64,000 bases of DNA, from positions 806,001-870,000 of the forward strand of contig AP026123.1 of the NCBI GenBank assembly GCA_030295235.1, given 5' to 3'. Source of the DNA: Fistulifera solaris. Lineage: Eukaryota. Position 1 is the stretch's first letter. Each line of letters opens with the position of its first letter. The position numbers and the translations under genes are program-made. Under the pieces are notes generated by a model, which ran no database searches, was not told the origin of the DNA, and saw only the letters and a list, made by a program, of their open reading frames with translations. Positions 1 through 11,860 of this stretch are shown here, in pieces.

Positions 1-313
1 CCGGGTCATCCCTTCCTACTGTTTCGACTATACTGGTCGCCGCGCTGAATTCGCGCAATTCTTTTTTCTTGGAGTGTCTCTTTTCATCGCAAGAAAGGTG
101 ACGAAAAACGGTCCAGCTGGCGAAAACACGACACAAAAACATCAGGACAGCTTCGTAATTCAGATCCGCGTCATCGTTATTACTTTTCTTTCCAGCTCGA
201 CGAGCCACGCCATTCGCTGAATTCACACGGAGCCGTTTCTTCGCAAGATCCACAAAATATCTGCATTCAAAGCCGTATTTGAGCCATTACAGGAAAAGAA
301 TTAAATTTGCAAC

Positions 314-1669
314 ATGCAGGCTACAGAGAAAACGGCTGCTTCTATTCTCAGGAAAAGACCCGTCGGAGCGACAAAAACGAAAGAAGACAATGTGCCTCCG
401 CTCGTGACACTCCGCTTGGATTCAGCGGTGTCCATTAGCACGAGTGCGTCTTCTGAGTCAATGTCGAATGATGTTGGGAAAGTTTACGTGCCACCGCCAC
501 TCGTCAATCAGACTTCCGTTCTCCTCGTGGGCTTTTTTTATATTCATTCTGGCAACGATATATCCTCCGCTGATTCTTCTCCTTGCCTACATGGCTTCCA
601 AACTCATTCCGTACTCGTTCCGCGTCAACGACGACGCGGCTTCAAGGCGACGACTGTTTGCCGATTTCACCAAGCAAGATGATTTACCGGACGAATTCAA
701 GCAACTCCCCAGCCACATTCTACTGGAAGAGTCTTATTGGGTCAACTCAAGGTACGCCGATTCGTTCTTTGTCGCACAAATAAGCCTCTGTAGCTGCTCC
801 ACTGACTTCTTTGTTGTAAAGGGGCATGGCGTTATGTACAACAACGATGACACCGAAACACAAACCGATCCGGGCTGTTGTTTGTTTCTGCCACGGTTAT
901 ACGGACAATGTTAGCTATATGAAGCAGATCGAATACCAGAGGCTGGTGGATGAAGGAATTGCCTTTGTGGCCATAGAATATGAAGGACATGGTCGGTCTG
1001 ACGGTTCTTTAGGGCTGATCAACGACTGGAACTCCTTAATTGAGGACGTGTCTTCTTTTTTCAAGAAATTTCTCGGGCCCGATTTTCAGGAAAAGTATCT
1101 TTCTCATGGGTGAGTCGATGGGGGAGCCGTTGCATACTGCACATACAACCGAATCCCGCACGTTTTCCGCGGAGTCATCTTTGTGTGTCCGATGTGCAAG
1201 ATCAGCGACGATATGTTGCCTCCCCCAGTGGGTTGTTAACACACTGATATGGTTGATTGGACCTTCGGGAAGTACGTCGTTTCTCGGATACCTTCCGATT
1301 GCTCCGGCGAAACAAAATGTGGGTGAAGTGGCGAACAAACTAGAAGAAAAACGTATTATAAACGGGCGCGCTCCGCTAAATTATGAACGAAATCCTCGTT
1401 TGGCGACAGCGCGTGAACTTATCAAAGCTACACAGAGTATTTCGAGCAGCTTATCAGACTTTGATGCCAGCTTCTTGGTAATACACGGGAAAGACGACCG
1501 CGTCACAGATCCAAAGTTGTCACAATCACTGTATGAGGAATCCAAATCGAAAGACAAGTCCCTCCGACTTTACGATGGAATGTGGCACGGTTTGACCAGT
1601 ACGGAACCAGACGAGAATATCGATCTTGTCTTTAGCGACGCTATTGCATGGATTTTGCAGCGTTCTTAG
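314..1669 (+). CDS. Monoacylglycerol lipase / caffeoyl-shikimate-esterase-like alpha/beta hydrolase with N-terminal hydrophobic segment
   Basis: Motifs FCHGY, YEGHGRSDG, FLMGESMG (nucleophile elbow), HGKDDRVTDP and YDGMWHGL spread over ORFs 314, 444, 826 and 1040. GT-AG intron 752-821 (NSR|GMAL). Several apparent 1-nt frameshifts. Confidence 0.88.
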
Positions 1670-1733
1670 GTGCGAGTACTGATTTTTTCATTAAAAAAAT
1701 AGATTAGACTTAGAATATTACATTTCCTTTTGC

Positions 1734-4047
1734 TCATTGTAAATCCGCCGCTTTCAGACTCCATTCACTGGCGACCTTCATTTTCCCTGCGTTCACAGCT
1801 TCGTCGGCAGCAAGCTCATACAATCTAGAAGCTTCGTCAATTCTGCCCAGCCTTTCCTTTACTTGTGCTAGGTCTGCAATCAGATCATATGTTTCTATTG
1901 CGAATTTATCGTCGTCTTCACCCTCGCCACCGAAAGCCTCCTCGTCTGATAAGGGGCCGCCTAAAGTTGTCTGAGTGGCTGTCGGAGGGATTACTAAACG
2001 TACATGATTCTTTCCAAGTGTTTCTAAAGATCCGTCGTCGTCGTAACACACGGTGATGAAACTTCCATCATCGGTAACCGACTGGACAGTACCGCTGTAA
2101 TAAGTGCCCTCCAAGCTGTAGTTTCCCTCAACTCGGTCACCTTCTTTGAATGTCAGTTGCATGGATAGTCCCGAGCACCTCGTTTTGTGATGCGTTGCTT
2201 CGTCTTTCTCCTTTGTGGCCGAACCGATTAAGTCGACAGTATCAGCTAAAATTTGTTCCATCATTTCGTCGCTACATGACTGTTCTCCAAAAAGAGACAA
2301 TTCGTCTCTCAGTATTTGTATCAGAAGGCATCCAGCTGCTGCTTTTGGTGAAGAAGGAATATAAGGGCTACTCATTGCTCTTCTCAAGAGTTCTTTCGCG
2401 CCGTCAAAATCAACGGGAACAATGGTATTGAGTAAGTTTGATACCGATGACTCGAGATTTGCTTGGACACGTGCAAGGGCTAAACAAGCTGGTGCGTTAT
2501 GAAGCGCTGCCGCATACGAGAGATGAAAAACCACCGAAGCAACATCATGGTCATCTACAGCGTCACCGTGATAGCCAGGAACTGTCTCGGGAAAACGACC
2601 CATGCCATGTAGAACAGCAAGCTGGTAGTGAATCTTCCCTAAATTTTTGGTCGTTTCGTCGGTTGGGACCATAGGGGCAGATACTTTCCTAACAATAGCA
2701 CTTCCACGAAGCTTGGAGTATCCATCTGAATCATTCCTTTTAAAATGCCGCTCGCGAAGCTCACCTGATATCTTGCGATGAAAATCACGGTGCGAAAATT
2801 CCAAGTCATGTTTGGCTCGAATGAGACACGCGGTAATTTCATCAACGTCACTAGAAGTACGTGCCAGAGCAGGTGATCTGGGTTTTAGGAGAGAATGTCG
2901 AACTCTGTCACTGATCGACTGGCGACGCGTGATGTTGGACTGTCTTTGCGTGTCTTGGAGTCCCTCTGGGAGTAGGTCTTTGGGGCTTATTAACGCACTT
3001 TGTCGGCGCATCCTGTTTGCATCGAGCCTTTGGAATGTATTAACCTCTTCTTCAAGTGAAGCGTCATCATCCGAAATCGTCTCTTCATCCTCTTCATACT
3101 TTGCTTGACTTTTGAGCTCATTTCGCGAGAGAGGAAACACTGGAATCCCTAATGCGTCAGATAAGGTGGAATGACGAAAGTTTTTGAAAAATAGAGCCAT
3201 GCCTCTGGGACCCAAGTCACCATCTCCAAATCGGTAATCACTGGACAACACTTGAGGGTCAGTGTAGAGATCCCCGACACCCTGGATATCTGCGACCAGA
3301 CGATTTCCTTGACTGGCATGGAAGGAGAATGCGCTGAAAACTTGTGGAGTAATCCGTCTTAAATCAGTGTCAACAAATCCAGCGTTCGTGTTGTGCTTTA
3401 CAAAACCAGCTCCATAGCGATCTGTTCCGGCAATAAACCTCTCCACCGCGAACCATGGCTTCCCTGGTCGGTCAGGAAACTCAACAGCGTAGGCTCGAAT
3501 AAAAGCAATCTTGCTGGGTGGTTCGCAAGCGTTGAATTTCGTAGCCCAATGCTGTGCCTCGTACTGCAACATGATGTCGTTCTGAACTGCTTTCTTTGCC
3601 TCATCGGAAGTGTCGATTACCCCATCCTTATGATACGCTTTGGCAACATAGTTGTTCGCATAGGCCCAGCCAAGTTTGTGAAAGCCTCGATTTGTTGCAG
3701 TCAGTGGAGGTTGGGCTCTTTTCTTCATCCGATAACAAAATCGCATTGCGCCGTTGGTAAAGATTCTCTCTCGATCTTTACGATCGTCTCGTCGGATGTC
3801 CATGACTCTTCTTGGGGATTATAAAGATGACTGTTCAGCAGAAGAGCGATGAGGAAGACTTATTCTGTGTACAGCAGCCGCAAATCGTCTCTTACCGAAT
3901 AACTCTTTCCGCCGGAATCCTATGTATCTCGTGTTTCGCCCAAGGATCGCCTTCCTCAATGGCTTGTGCAGCCGATGAGCGCAAAAGTTGCAGCAAGCTC
4001 TTCTTTCGCGCATTTCGATCGGTTTTCTGTGTTGTTGCGGTGTCCAT
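1734..4047 (-). CDS. EEF2K: eEF2 kinase-like alpha-kinase with C-terminal helical region and Tudor-like insertion
   Basis: Exon 1 reads ...AIEEGDPWAKHEIHRIPAERVIR, then intron ~3831-3895, then HLYNPQEESWTSDETIVKIE, a frameshift near 3770, and FTNGAMRFCYRMKK, YVAKAY, KHNTNAGFV, VADIQGVGDLYTDPQV, FGDGDLGPRGMALFF. These are collinear with the eEF2K kinase domain. Start ATG at 4047 is tentative. Confidence 0.85.
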
Positions 4048-4882
4048 GGTAACAGCGATCAGAAAAGGGGTGGACTTGACCTTTCCAGGCGTCGTATGGT
4101 GAATTGTGAAGAAATAACGCGCGTTTTCATGATACTTGTTCTCCTGTTCTCATTATGCGCTTTGCAAGCAGAATTTGGGAGCGGCGAGGAGGCGATGTCT
4201 TGTGAGTGCCGCTCCGCCAGTCCCGATTTCACAGTGTGTTTAGAATTGTCGTCGAGGGAGCACAGACAGACTGGACCCTCCTTCAGGTTCGTGAATAAGC
4301 GTAAGACTCATTATTTTTCACCGTGAATCATCATGTCGCAGTGACGTTACACTCTATGTATTAGTGTAGGTCAGTCGGTTGGAACTTGGAAGTCTTTTTG
4401 GATCTTTTTGACACATACGCACATACGTGTACTCTGTGTCATTGTGTAGAATGTAAGACGTTGACAAAAGATAAAATTCTTGATCTTGATCTTTTCGCTC
4501 GCCGGCGCGATCCGACGACCCTTGGTCGCTGCTTGCTGCCACCAACGTTGTTGCAGCATCCATCAGTGCAGAAGATTATTATTTAACAACTATGTTGTTG
4601 CCATTACTCACTGCGCACTGACATCTTCTATTCAATAGTAAAAGCAGTCTTGTTGTATTGCTGTATAGAACAAAAGCGAACAGTAGCAGGCAACCACACC
4701 TTGCGGAAAAGTTTTGTTGAACTCAATTTCTTTTTCCATTTTCTCGTGTCTTTTCACGAATCTTTGAGTTACATTCTGCTTAATTGATCGACGGATACGT
4801 TTGTTCATATTCTTCAAGAAAACCATAATTCTTATCACGATTCACCTACCTGTTGGCTACCTTTTTAACATCGCGCACTAGT

Positions 4883-7800
4883 ATGTCAACACGCAACGCA
4901 GCGTACCGAATTTCGGGGGCACAAGAAAAGCACGGTCACGGCTACGACGATGAAGATGATACCGATGGCTCTCATGCAGATCGCCACGACTCAGGAGCTG
5001 GTAAATATGCTGAACGAGCTTCTTCTGACTATGCAGTCGAAGATGAGACAGATGATGAGCGTAACAGTTCTTTTGAGGGAGAAGGAGATGAGGCAACAAA
5101 TCCCGATGACGATGATGACGGTCATCATGTTGAATCACCAAATGCGAAATACTATGAACAAGTCTCTTCAAAGTCTCGCGTAAAGAGTGCTACTGTTGAC
5201 ACAGGCACTCCTGGAAAAGTGGTGGAAACAGGAAAAGAACACACGGGTCGCTGGACCAAGGCAGAGCACGAGGCTTTCTTAGCTGGGTTGAAAATGTACG
5301 GCAAAGAATGGAAGAAGGTCGCCGCCAGAGTCAAGACTAGAACTGTAGTTCAGACTAGAACGCATGCACAAAAATATTTTCAAAAGTTGCACAAAACAGC
5401 AGAGGATTCAGGAAACGATTACGTTTCTCGTGCGGATGTGGGAGGTACCGGAGAAACTAGGCGTGGCAACAGCCAAAAGGCAAGGCGACTTACTGAAACC
5501 GTTGCATCAACTCCGCTCATAGTACGTCCATTGTCACCAATGAGCAGGAAGCAAAATCGTCGATCCAGCAGCTCTACCTTTGATGCTGCACAAGTTATCT
5601 CGAATCTGAGCGGCGGTTCGAAACTGAATCCGCTACAGAGTGTTACATTGGTCCCCAGTTTAGCAACTACGCCTTCCATAACTCCTCCTCTTAAGCACGG
5701 ATTTTCGACGGAACCTGGTTTACCGTCGTGGGTATTGGGTGCCGCGCGGGGTCCTAACGGAACTGATAACAACATGATCAAAATCTCTGCACCAGATCCT
5801 TCATTAAGTCTACGAAAAGGATTTCCAGAGCCTTCTCCAGCCGCGACAGGAAAAAGAAAACTCGCAGAAATCGCTGCTGCTCGAATGCTTGCTGGAGTAG
5901 GAAGCAGTCCTTTAACGTCGGGTGGTGTAGATGAATGTCCTCCAACACCTCCGCCGTCTTCTCTAGGACTTGCTGATGCACCGTTTGTGCCTGCTCTTTC
6001 ATTTTCAGGATACAATTCACTGGAGACAAGGAACAAAGCGTCTTTGGTGCCTCTTCAAATTGTCAACCCAGAGGCGCTTGGGGTGACATTTGGGGAGCAA
6101 CTCAAGAGAAAAAGGGACGGAGATGGTTCACCCGTGACCCCATGGGAGGGCCAATTGAAGGCACTGGTGGATGAAAAAGTTACCAAGAAAGTAGAAGCAG
6201 ATTTTGGGCTGGGATTTGAATCGACGTCACCTTTGGCCAATTCCTTAGAACCAGCTTCTTTCCGGAACCTCCTACCCGTCTGCGGACCAAGTAGAGGATA
6301 TAATAGGAGCAAGGTCCACGAAGCTGTCTGCGATATTGATGACAAAAGTCTTGATGATCTGTTAATGAACAAAATGTATCAGAGCGGAAATGTGCTCAAC
6401 CGACAAGATGATGCGGGCTTTCGCCCTCTTCATTCAGCTTGTGCGATGATCCTCAAAGACCCGGACAGTGCTAGTACAATAATCAAGATCATTAGTCGGC
6501 TCTTGGATCTAGGGGCCGACCCATCACTGTTGGATAGTGACGGTAACACTAGCTTACATTGGGCAGCACGTTCTGGCGAGAGGAGTGTGGTTCGTCAATT
6601 GTTAGACAGGAGTGCAGCAGTAGATGCTAGGAACAAAAGCGGTGAAACTCCTCTTCATCACGCATTGCGGTCTGGACTAAGGGGAATCGACGCTGCGGCC
6701 GAACTTTTGGATAGTGGAGCTCGACCGAGTATAACAGATAGTCAATTTCGACGTCCCGTCGACGTAGCCGGGGAAGGCTTCCTTGACGAACCTCAATCCG
6801 TTGCTTCAATTCGAGCAAAAGAACAAACTGCCAAAAAGTCGTCCAGCAAGGAGTTAAAAAAGTTGCTGAAAGATACTGCCGATGCAAGAAGGGAATCTCG
6901 TGCCAATTTGCTGATCCGGTCACCTCAGTCTAGATCGCTAGTGCTCCATCACCCTGAATGTTTAGAACACCACCCAAAGTCATCCACTGATTGGGAGGCA
7001 CCCGACCGAATCACGGCCATCATAAGAAGAGTGATACCATCATTTGATTCCACTGGTGCTGCTGAAAGTTCGGGCATTTTTCCTCATGAGGTCGTTGTCT
7101 CGCAGGAGTTTGACCGTGCAACATTGAGCATGTTGAGTAGGGTGCACAGCACCGAGTACCTATCCTTTGTCAACAATTTAAGCAACGATCTTAAGAATCA
7201 GGCCAGGGAGCCTCTAAAGAATGGGGAAAAGAATATCGAAGAAGATGACTGCAAACCGCCCGTTGTCCCGTTTACTCCACTAGTCCAACGAACTATGATC
7301 AAGGTCGACGAATCAAGTGTTAAACTTAGCGCCAATTCTGATACCTCTTTCAGCTCAGGGTCCCTCAAAGCTGCGCGGAGGGCCGCAGGAAGCGTGCAGC
7401 ATGCGGTAGATTGGTATGTTTCACTTGTCAATTCTTTGTTTGCGACGCGCTTTGACTTACCCACCTTTGTACCGCAAGCGTCCTTGTCGGTAGAAATCGA
7501 AACGCATTCTGCGTCGTGAGACCGCCGGGTCACCACGCAGGGATCAACGGCCTACTAGAAGGAGGAGAGTCGTGCGGGTTCTGCATCTTCAATAATGTTG
7601 CTGCTGGTGCACTTTATGCCATCTCAGATGATCGCCTTTTGTGCGAGCGTTGTGCTATTGTGGACATCGACGTCCATCATGGAAACGGAACAGAGGAAAT
7701 TGTCAGGAGATGCAACGATCCCAGCAAGCTCTTCTTCTTTTCTATTCATTTATACGACAATGACAAGCGAAAAGGCAAAGGGCAGTTTCAGTATAAGTTC

Positions 7801-8442
7801 TATCCAGGAACTGGATCGGACGACGATTTAGCACTGAACATTATAAACGTTCCGATCGTACCTCTCTGGAAGGATCAGTCATCACAAGCGTCACCCGTCA
7901 AAACACACAACACTCGCAAGAAGGCGAAGTCGACACAAGACGTCGTTGACGATTCTTCGACGGGAACAGGTCGAGGAAGTGACGGAGCAAGTGAAGGCGG
8001 ATCAGGGAGTACATCGATTGGATCTCCAAGACATGCGTCAGGGAAATCTGGACGCACTGCATATCGTGAAGCAATTTTAACACGGCTCTTACCATCACTC
8101 CGCGCGTTTAATCCAGATTTGATCATAATCAGCGCCGGATTTGATGCATGTAAGGGTGACGTTGGAAACGCACGGCACGAGCGCGGAGGAGAGAAAATGG
8201 GACTCGACCTGGAACCCGAAGATTATGCCTGGACCACGCGCAAGATTCTTGAGGTAGCTGATATGTGCTGTCACGGAAGAGTTGTTTCGGTATTGGAAGG
8301 TGGATACGGTAGAACGCCGGTGGCGAAGCTTGAGCCGGGCGCCGAGGACAAGCTGGATCGTACGGTTTTTGCGGAATGTGCGGTTCGACATCTACACGCT
8401 CTAATTGACCCATACGATTGCGAACAACGTTTTACGTCGTGA
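4883..8442 (+). CDS. SHAQKYF-class MYB + ankyrin repeats + class II-type histone deacetylase fusion protein
   Basis: MYB: GRWTKAEHEAF...RTHAQKYF (~5245-5380). Ankyrins: GFRPLHSAC, GNTSLHWAA, GETPLHHAL (~6410-6770). HDAC: RPPGHHA, GFCIFNNVA, DIDVHHGNGT, SAGFD, LEGGY. Intron 7414-7478 joins ORFs 4853 and 7516 in frame (AVD-C|VLVGRNRNAFCVVRPPGHH). Confidence 0.92.
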
Positions 8443-9204
8443 GTCCTGGGTTTGTTTTTATCAATCTTAGATTTCTCATAGAGGCTGCATTTGGCAGATG
8501 TCAAATATCAGTAAGAATAATTTTGTGTTATTGTCATCGATGTGTATGCTTTGATGGATTTATCATCTTGCTACTTATCAAGGAAGCAATGTGGACAATG
8601 TTTCAAATGTCTCATGGCCCATGGCGTGCCCCAGTGATAAAAGAAGTGGATTAGACTGTTAGATTTGGGATTATAACCTCAAAGTCACGGCGTGAGTTTC
8701 ACGGGCAGGCAATGAAAAGTTCTTTTTGTGGCACAGGAATACCCCGTACCAGGTATTCGTAACGTAACACATTCAGCAACTAGGGAAAGTAAGAATTAAA
8801 ATATTCCGCTGCAAAAATATCTACACATAACGCATTCAGCAATGGGTAAATCTCCATCATTGGATGGTGTCGTAGTATGCATTTGGCATTGTCAATTTGG
8901 CTGGTCGGTATCCCCGACAACAAGTTGAAACCGGTCAACACAATCACCCGAACGATTTCTCCTCTTCAACCGATGTATCATCTGTGTCATCCTCTGCGAG
9001 GACAAGCTTTGTAGAAACATATCGTAGCAGGACATGACAGCGTCACCCAACTTCCAATCAGCCGACAATTGAAAGGCGCTGAAAAATTCTCTACGAAAAA
9101 CAAAGACGATTGTGGCTCGCAGTTTCGTTCGTGCAACACGGGCTGCACATTGATCTCTTCACAGGAGCGACTATCGTCGTGACGGGTGCAAGGTCCAAAG
9201 TGCA

Positions 9205-9511
9205 TGTGATGTTTTTCACGTGCTGTAGAAAATGTGGGCGTGTGATGTTTTCACGTGTCACGTCTCCAGAAAATGTGGGAGTGTGATTTTCGACGTGTCC
9301 AGAAAATGTGGGCGAGTGGTTTTTGACTTCTCCAGAAAATGTGGGGGTGTGGTTTTTGACGTGTCCAGAAAACGTGGGAGTTTGATTTTCACGTCTCCAG
9401 AAAATGTGGGGGTATGATTTTTGACGTGTCCAGAAAAGTGGGCGAGTGACATTTTCACGTATCCAGAAAATGTGTGCTGGGATATTTTCACGTCTCCAGA
9501 AAATGTGGGAT
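9205..9511. repeat. 33-bp minisatellite, ~9 units (consensus ~TCCAGAAAATGTGGGNGTGTGATTTTYRACGTS)
   Basis: CCAGAAAA recurs at 9266, 9299, 9332, 9365, 9397, 9430, 9463 and 9496 (32-33 bp spacing), with a degenerate unit upstream. Confidence 0.95.
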
Positions 9512-9683
9512 GGGGTTACCGTTTCAAACCAGACAGCATTCGACTCATTTATGTCCAGCCTCCATGGCTGTTTGACTAAAAGCACTTTGAACAAGGATGC
9601 TCAGAAGAAATACGACCCATTCTTGGTCTTTCAGAGGCGTTATATGTATTTATCTTAGCTACTTTTTCCGTCTGGCAATTAAC

Positions 9684-10619
9684 ATGACCTCGTTTGCTGA
9701 AGCTCTTTCTTTACCTGTGTGTGCTGTTGACAAAGACGAGGACGTTCGCCTTGCTTTCATCGGTAACTCAATGATCTATTTCAACGATTCCCCGCGACTC
9801 GTTGAAACCATGTTGCGTAGCACCGGTTATACAGTGAGGCAAGATTCATGCTTGCGCGGTGGCGCAACATTGTCGTCTCTTTGGGAACGAGGTAACGGTA
9901 TGAAAGATTGTTTCCGGTCCAAGACAGCTCTAATTCAGTCTACAAATGAGATTCCAAAGTATGACATCGGTTCCTCTACAGTTGAGTCTTTAGTCAAGGG
10001 GATGGAAGCATCAAGTAATGGAAGACCAGGTCGAAATATCTTAATTTTAAACGACCATACACAATCGCCTGCTCGTATCAAGAGTCGGGATGCTACCGCT
10101 GCCGCATTGAAGGAACATTACTTGCCCTGCATATACAACAACCTAAAGGATTCCGTCCTTATTCTTTTTCTTCAGACCCCTGCCTATCGTTTGGAAAAAA
10201 TCAGAGGGACGGAAGATCTGGGAGACTTTGACGGGTTCACGAACCGAACAAGGGAGGGGTACGGTTTCTACTCCGACGTAGTCCAAGAGGAAACGAGACT
10301 ACGAAATATCCCGTCAATTGAAAGCCAAATAGCGCCTGTCGGTGAGGCCTTTTCTTGTTTGCGACAGCGGAACCGAGTCTTGTGGGAAAAGTTGTACAGC
10401 TATGACGATTTTCATCCAAGTCTGCATGGAACGTGGTTACAGGCCTGTATTATATATGCGTTGATAACAAAAGAAGTACCTCCACTTTACCAAGAAAACT
10501 GGTGGCAATCCAGCCGATATCTCGTTGAACAACTTCCATCTCCGACAAGCTTAGAGGCAGAAGAACTACGGCAACTTGCTTGTGAGCTTTGTCAGTTACA
10601 ATTGAGCTCGTCGCTCTAA
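9684..10619 (+). CDS. SGNH/GDSL-like hydrolase
   Basis: Intronless ORF with block I FIGNSMIYFN, RGGATL, IAPVGEAF and the catalytic DxxH segment LYSYDDFHPSLHGTWLQAC. ATG 9684 is in frame with the listed ORF. Confidence 0.75.
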   Translation: MTSFAEALSLPVCAVDKDEDVRLAFIGNSMIYFNDSPRLVETMLRSTGYTVRQDSCLRGGATLSSLWERGNGMKDCFRSKTALIQSTNEIPKYDIGSSTVESLVKGMEASSNGRPGRNILILNDHTQSPARIKSRDATAAALKEHYLPCIYNNLKDSVLILFLQTPAYRLEKIRGTEDLGDFDGFTNRTREGYGFYSDVVQEETRLRNIPSIESQIAPVGEAFSCLRQRNRVLWEKLYSYDDFHPSLHGTWLQACIIYALITKEVPPLYQENWWQSSRYLVEQLPSPTSLEAEELRQLACELCQLQLSSSL

Positions 10620-11191
10620 ATTGAGCCCGTTTTGAACTTTTTAAATCTCCGGTGTAATCTTCCGTGAATCATATAGATGAATTGCCAAATCATCGACATT
10701 ATTCGCACTTCTTCAAATGTCGCATTCCGAAAACAGGAACATTCGTTCATTTGCAACGAAGACCCTTTTATGACCATAAAACATAATTTCAAGTAAATTT
10801 ATGTTTTCTTCGGGTTTTCGGTTGGACGAGCAGAACGCGCGCGTTCTCGCCTATTTTCAATCCAGCAGTTTAGCTGCGCGCAAAGAACGATCGATAAAAG
10901 CAAAACAATCCCAAAGATCCACGTGACAAACTCTCGATTCCAATCACTAACATTTGGCTCGTTTTGAACATGCATTGTTCCCTGTAATTATCATGCTTTG
11001 AAACTCACACACGACAACAACATAAAGTCTTTTTACAATTATCGACAACGATTGGAAACTGATACACCAAACATGCAAGAAAAAACAGAAGGAAATCCAT
11101 ACCAGGTACCAGGTACAATTACACTGTACAGTAACAGGTACCGGGTACGGTACTGGTACAAAGCGTACGTTCCGTGTGTCTATACTTGAAA

Positions 11192-11860
11192 TTTGTGCAA
11201 GTTCCAGAAATTCTGTGTGACTGGTCCAGAAATTCTGGACCAGTTGTTTCCAGCCAAACAGAAATTTCCTGCACGTTCCAAATAATCTAAAAATCGGTGT
11301 TTAAGGCAATACAGAATTGCTGTGTACCCTTCTGATAATTCTGAAATTCATGTTTCGAGTATGACAGCCACTTTGTGCAAGTTCCAGAAATTCTGGAATT
11401 CGTGCTTATTCAACCAGAAATTCTGTGTGACTGGTCCAGAAATTCTGGACCAGTTGTTTCGAGCCAAACAGCCCTTACGTGCAAGTTCCAGATATTCTGG
11501 AATCGGTGTTTAAGGCCATACCGGATTGTTGTGGACTTTTCTGATAATTCTGGATTTCATGTTTTGAGTATGGCAGCCAATTTGTGCATGTTCCAGAAAT
11601 TCTGGAATTCGTGCTTATTCAACCAGAAATTCTGTGTGACTGGTCAAAAATTCTGGACCCGTTTTTCGAGCCAAACAGAAATTTCGCGTGTACGTTCCAG
11701 GAAAGGACGTTAAAATTCTGCCTCTCAGTACAAGTTTCTATGTAGAGCCTACGGCGAGGTAGAATTTAACGTCGTTTCCAGATATATTCTGGAATCGATG
11801 CTTTGGTTGATACAGAATTGCAGTGGACAATCAAGATATTCTGGAATTCGTGTTTGTTGT
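11192..11860. repeat. ~209-bp tandem repeat (2.5-3 copies plus degenerate tail) built on CCAGAAATTCTGG palindromes
   Basis: TTTGTGCAWGTTCCAGAAATTCTG starts at ~11192, 11372 and 11581. The perfect palindrome ACTGGTCCAGAA-A-TTCTGGACCAGT lies at 11220-11244 and 11430-11454. Confidence 0.9.

Noticed and set aside
5419..6372. Long antisense ORFs over MYB-HDAC (and similar ones over CHD, EF-G and Pumilio)
   Set aside because: Shadow ORFs of real coding sequence on the opposite strand.
9205..9511. CRISPR-like appearance of the 33-bp array
   Set aside because: Units are contiguous degenerate tandem copies with no unique 25-45-bp spacers, there are no cas genes, and the context is eukaryotic.
9091..9594. 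167-aa minus-strand ORF with HTPTFSG repeats
   Set aside because: It is a translation of the 33-bp minisatellite; a period divisible by three keeps frames open.
11322..11713. ORFs within the 209-bp array
   Set aside because: Repeat-derived, with no protein-like features.
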